Position numbers and translations under genes: made by a program. 64,000 nt of DNA, taken from a virus. Taxonomy: Duplodnaviria; Caudoviricetes. The stretch lies in IMG/VR virus record IMGVR_UViG_3300021964_009400; one strand, written 5' to 3'. The notes under the pieces were generated by a model. It worked only from the letters and a program-made list of their open reading frames with translations. It made no database searches and was not told the DNA's origin. Each line of letters opens with the position of its first letter. Positions within the stretch are counted from its first letter, which is position 1. Positions 63,470 through 64,000 of the stretch are shown piece after piece.

Positions 63470-63726
63470 GTCAAATAAGAGAAATTATAGAAGGATGGGC
63501 AAATGTAATCAAAGACCAATTTGATGCAGTTGACCCTGTCACTAAAGCAGTATCAAAAAAAAGATTACAGTTATGTAATGAATGTGCATTAAGACAAGGT
63601 AATACCTGCTCACCTCAAATTTACGGTTATCATGTTATAACAAATGAAAGGAAAGTTGGATGTGGGTGTAATATATCAGCTAAAACATTATCCCCATCTT
63701 CACAATGTCCATTAGGAAAATGGTAA
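63466..63726 (+). CDS. Cys-rich small protein (DUF6171-like)
   Basis: RLQLCNEC...GCGCNISAKT...CPLGKW. Confidence 0.65.
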   Translation: MSQIREIIEGWANVIKDQFDAVDPVTKAVSKKRLQLCNECALRQGNTCSPQIYGYHVITNERKVGCGCNISAKTLSPSSQCPLGKW

Positions 63727-64000
63727 AAAATTAATATTATGGATAGAGAAAAAAGAATGTACAAGTCATACTTGGCAAGAAAAAAAAGAAAACAAACAAA
63801 AGAAGTTTTGGAAACTATTGAAAAAAGACAAAGAGCAGATAATAAAAATTTAAGAAAGAAAGTAGATAAAATAAAAAGGAGACATCACGATGGGAAGTAA
63901 ATTTTTCGGAAACAAAAAAAATAATATAAGTAAAAAAGGAAAAAATCAAAACTTTTCTGCAAGAACTAATAATAAAAGAATGAATAGTGGAATAAGAAAA

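Noticed and set aside
1-64000. Stop-codon reassignment (TAG or TGA read-through), as in some Bacteroidota phages
   Set aside because: Recognisable enzymes are full length under the standard code, and TAG/TGA terminate genes at sensible, often coupled, positions.

Overview
A 64 kb AT-rich segment in which essentially every credible gene lies on the + strand. It reads as part of a large (jumbo-type) dsDNA phage genome infecting a Bacteroidota host. Host evidence: TTTG-N20-TAnnTTTG promoters, lipoproteins with a C-x-K-D-E export signal, DUF4494 and DUF6734-like genes, and a Flavobacteria-like bS21. Layout: (1) 1-1.6 kb, glycosyltransferase-like genes; (2) 1.8-11.2 kb, an envelope/surface module with two CsgG-like proteins, two cohesin/dockerin-like secreted proteins each followed by a lipoprotein with a T9SS-CTD-like Ig fold, and a probable beta-barrel protein with a very long Ser/Gly/Asp/Glu stalk; (3) 11.6-19 kb, probable late/virion and lysis genes (PAP2, HAD, E-rich head-type polyproteins, amidase, holin candidates); (4) 19-33 kb and 42.7-54.1 kb, a large modification-enzyme arsenal (APS kinase, sulfotransferases, radical SAM, 2OG-Fe(II) oxygenases, amidinotransferase, methyltransferases, DegT, HldE kinase; 12 SGNH-like paralogs in total, one lying outside at 60.7 kb), many ending in a shared K-x-x-L-I tail; (5) 34-42 kb, an early-type region with a vWA/AAA pair, apt, mtnN and an FNR-like reductase; (6) 54.1-56.1 kb, a mostly non-coding C-rich block with TGACA-N3-TGTCA palindromes, a burst of promoters and a ~300 nt structured RNA candidate; (7) 56-64 kb, small early genes, bS21, two DNA methyltransferases (one frameshifted) and a sulfotransferase. 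No core capsid, terminase or polymerase gene, CRISPR array, tRNA or rRNA was recognised. All family calls come from motif recognition by eye; no searches were run.
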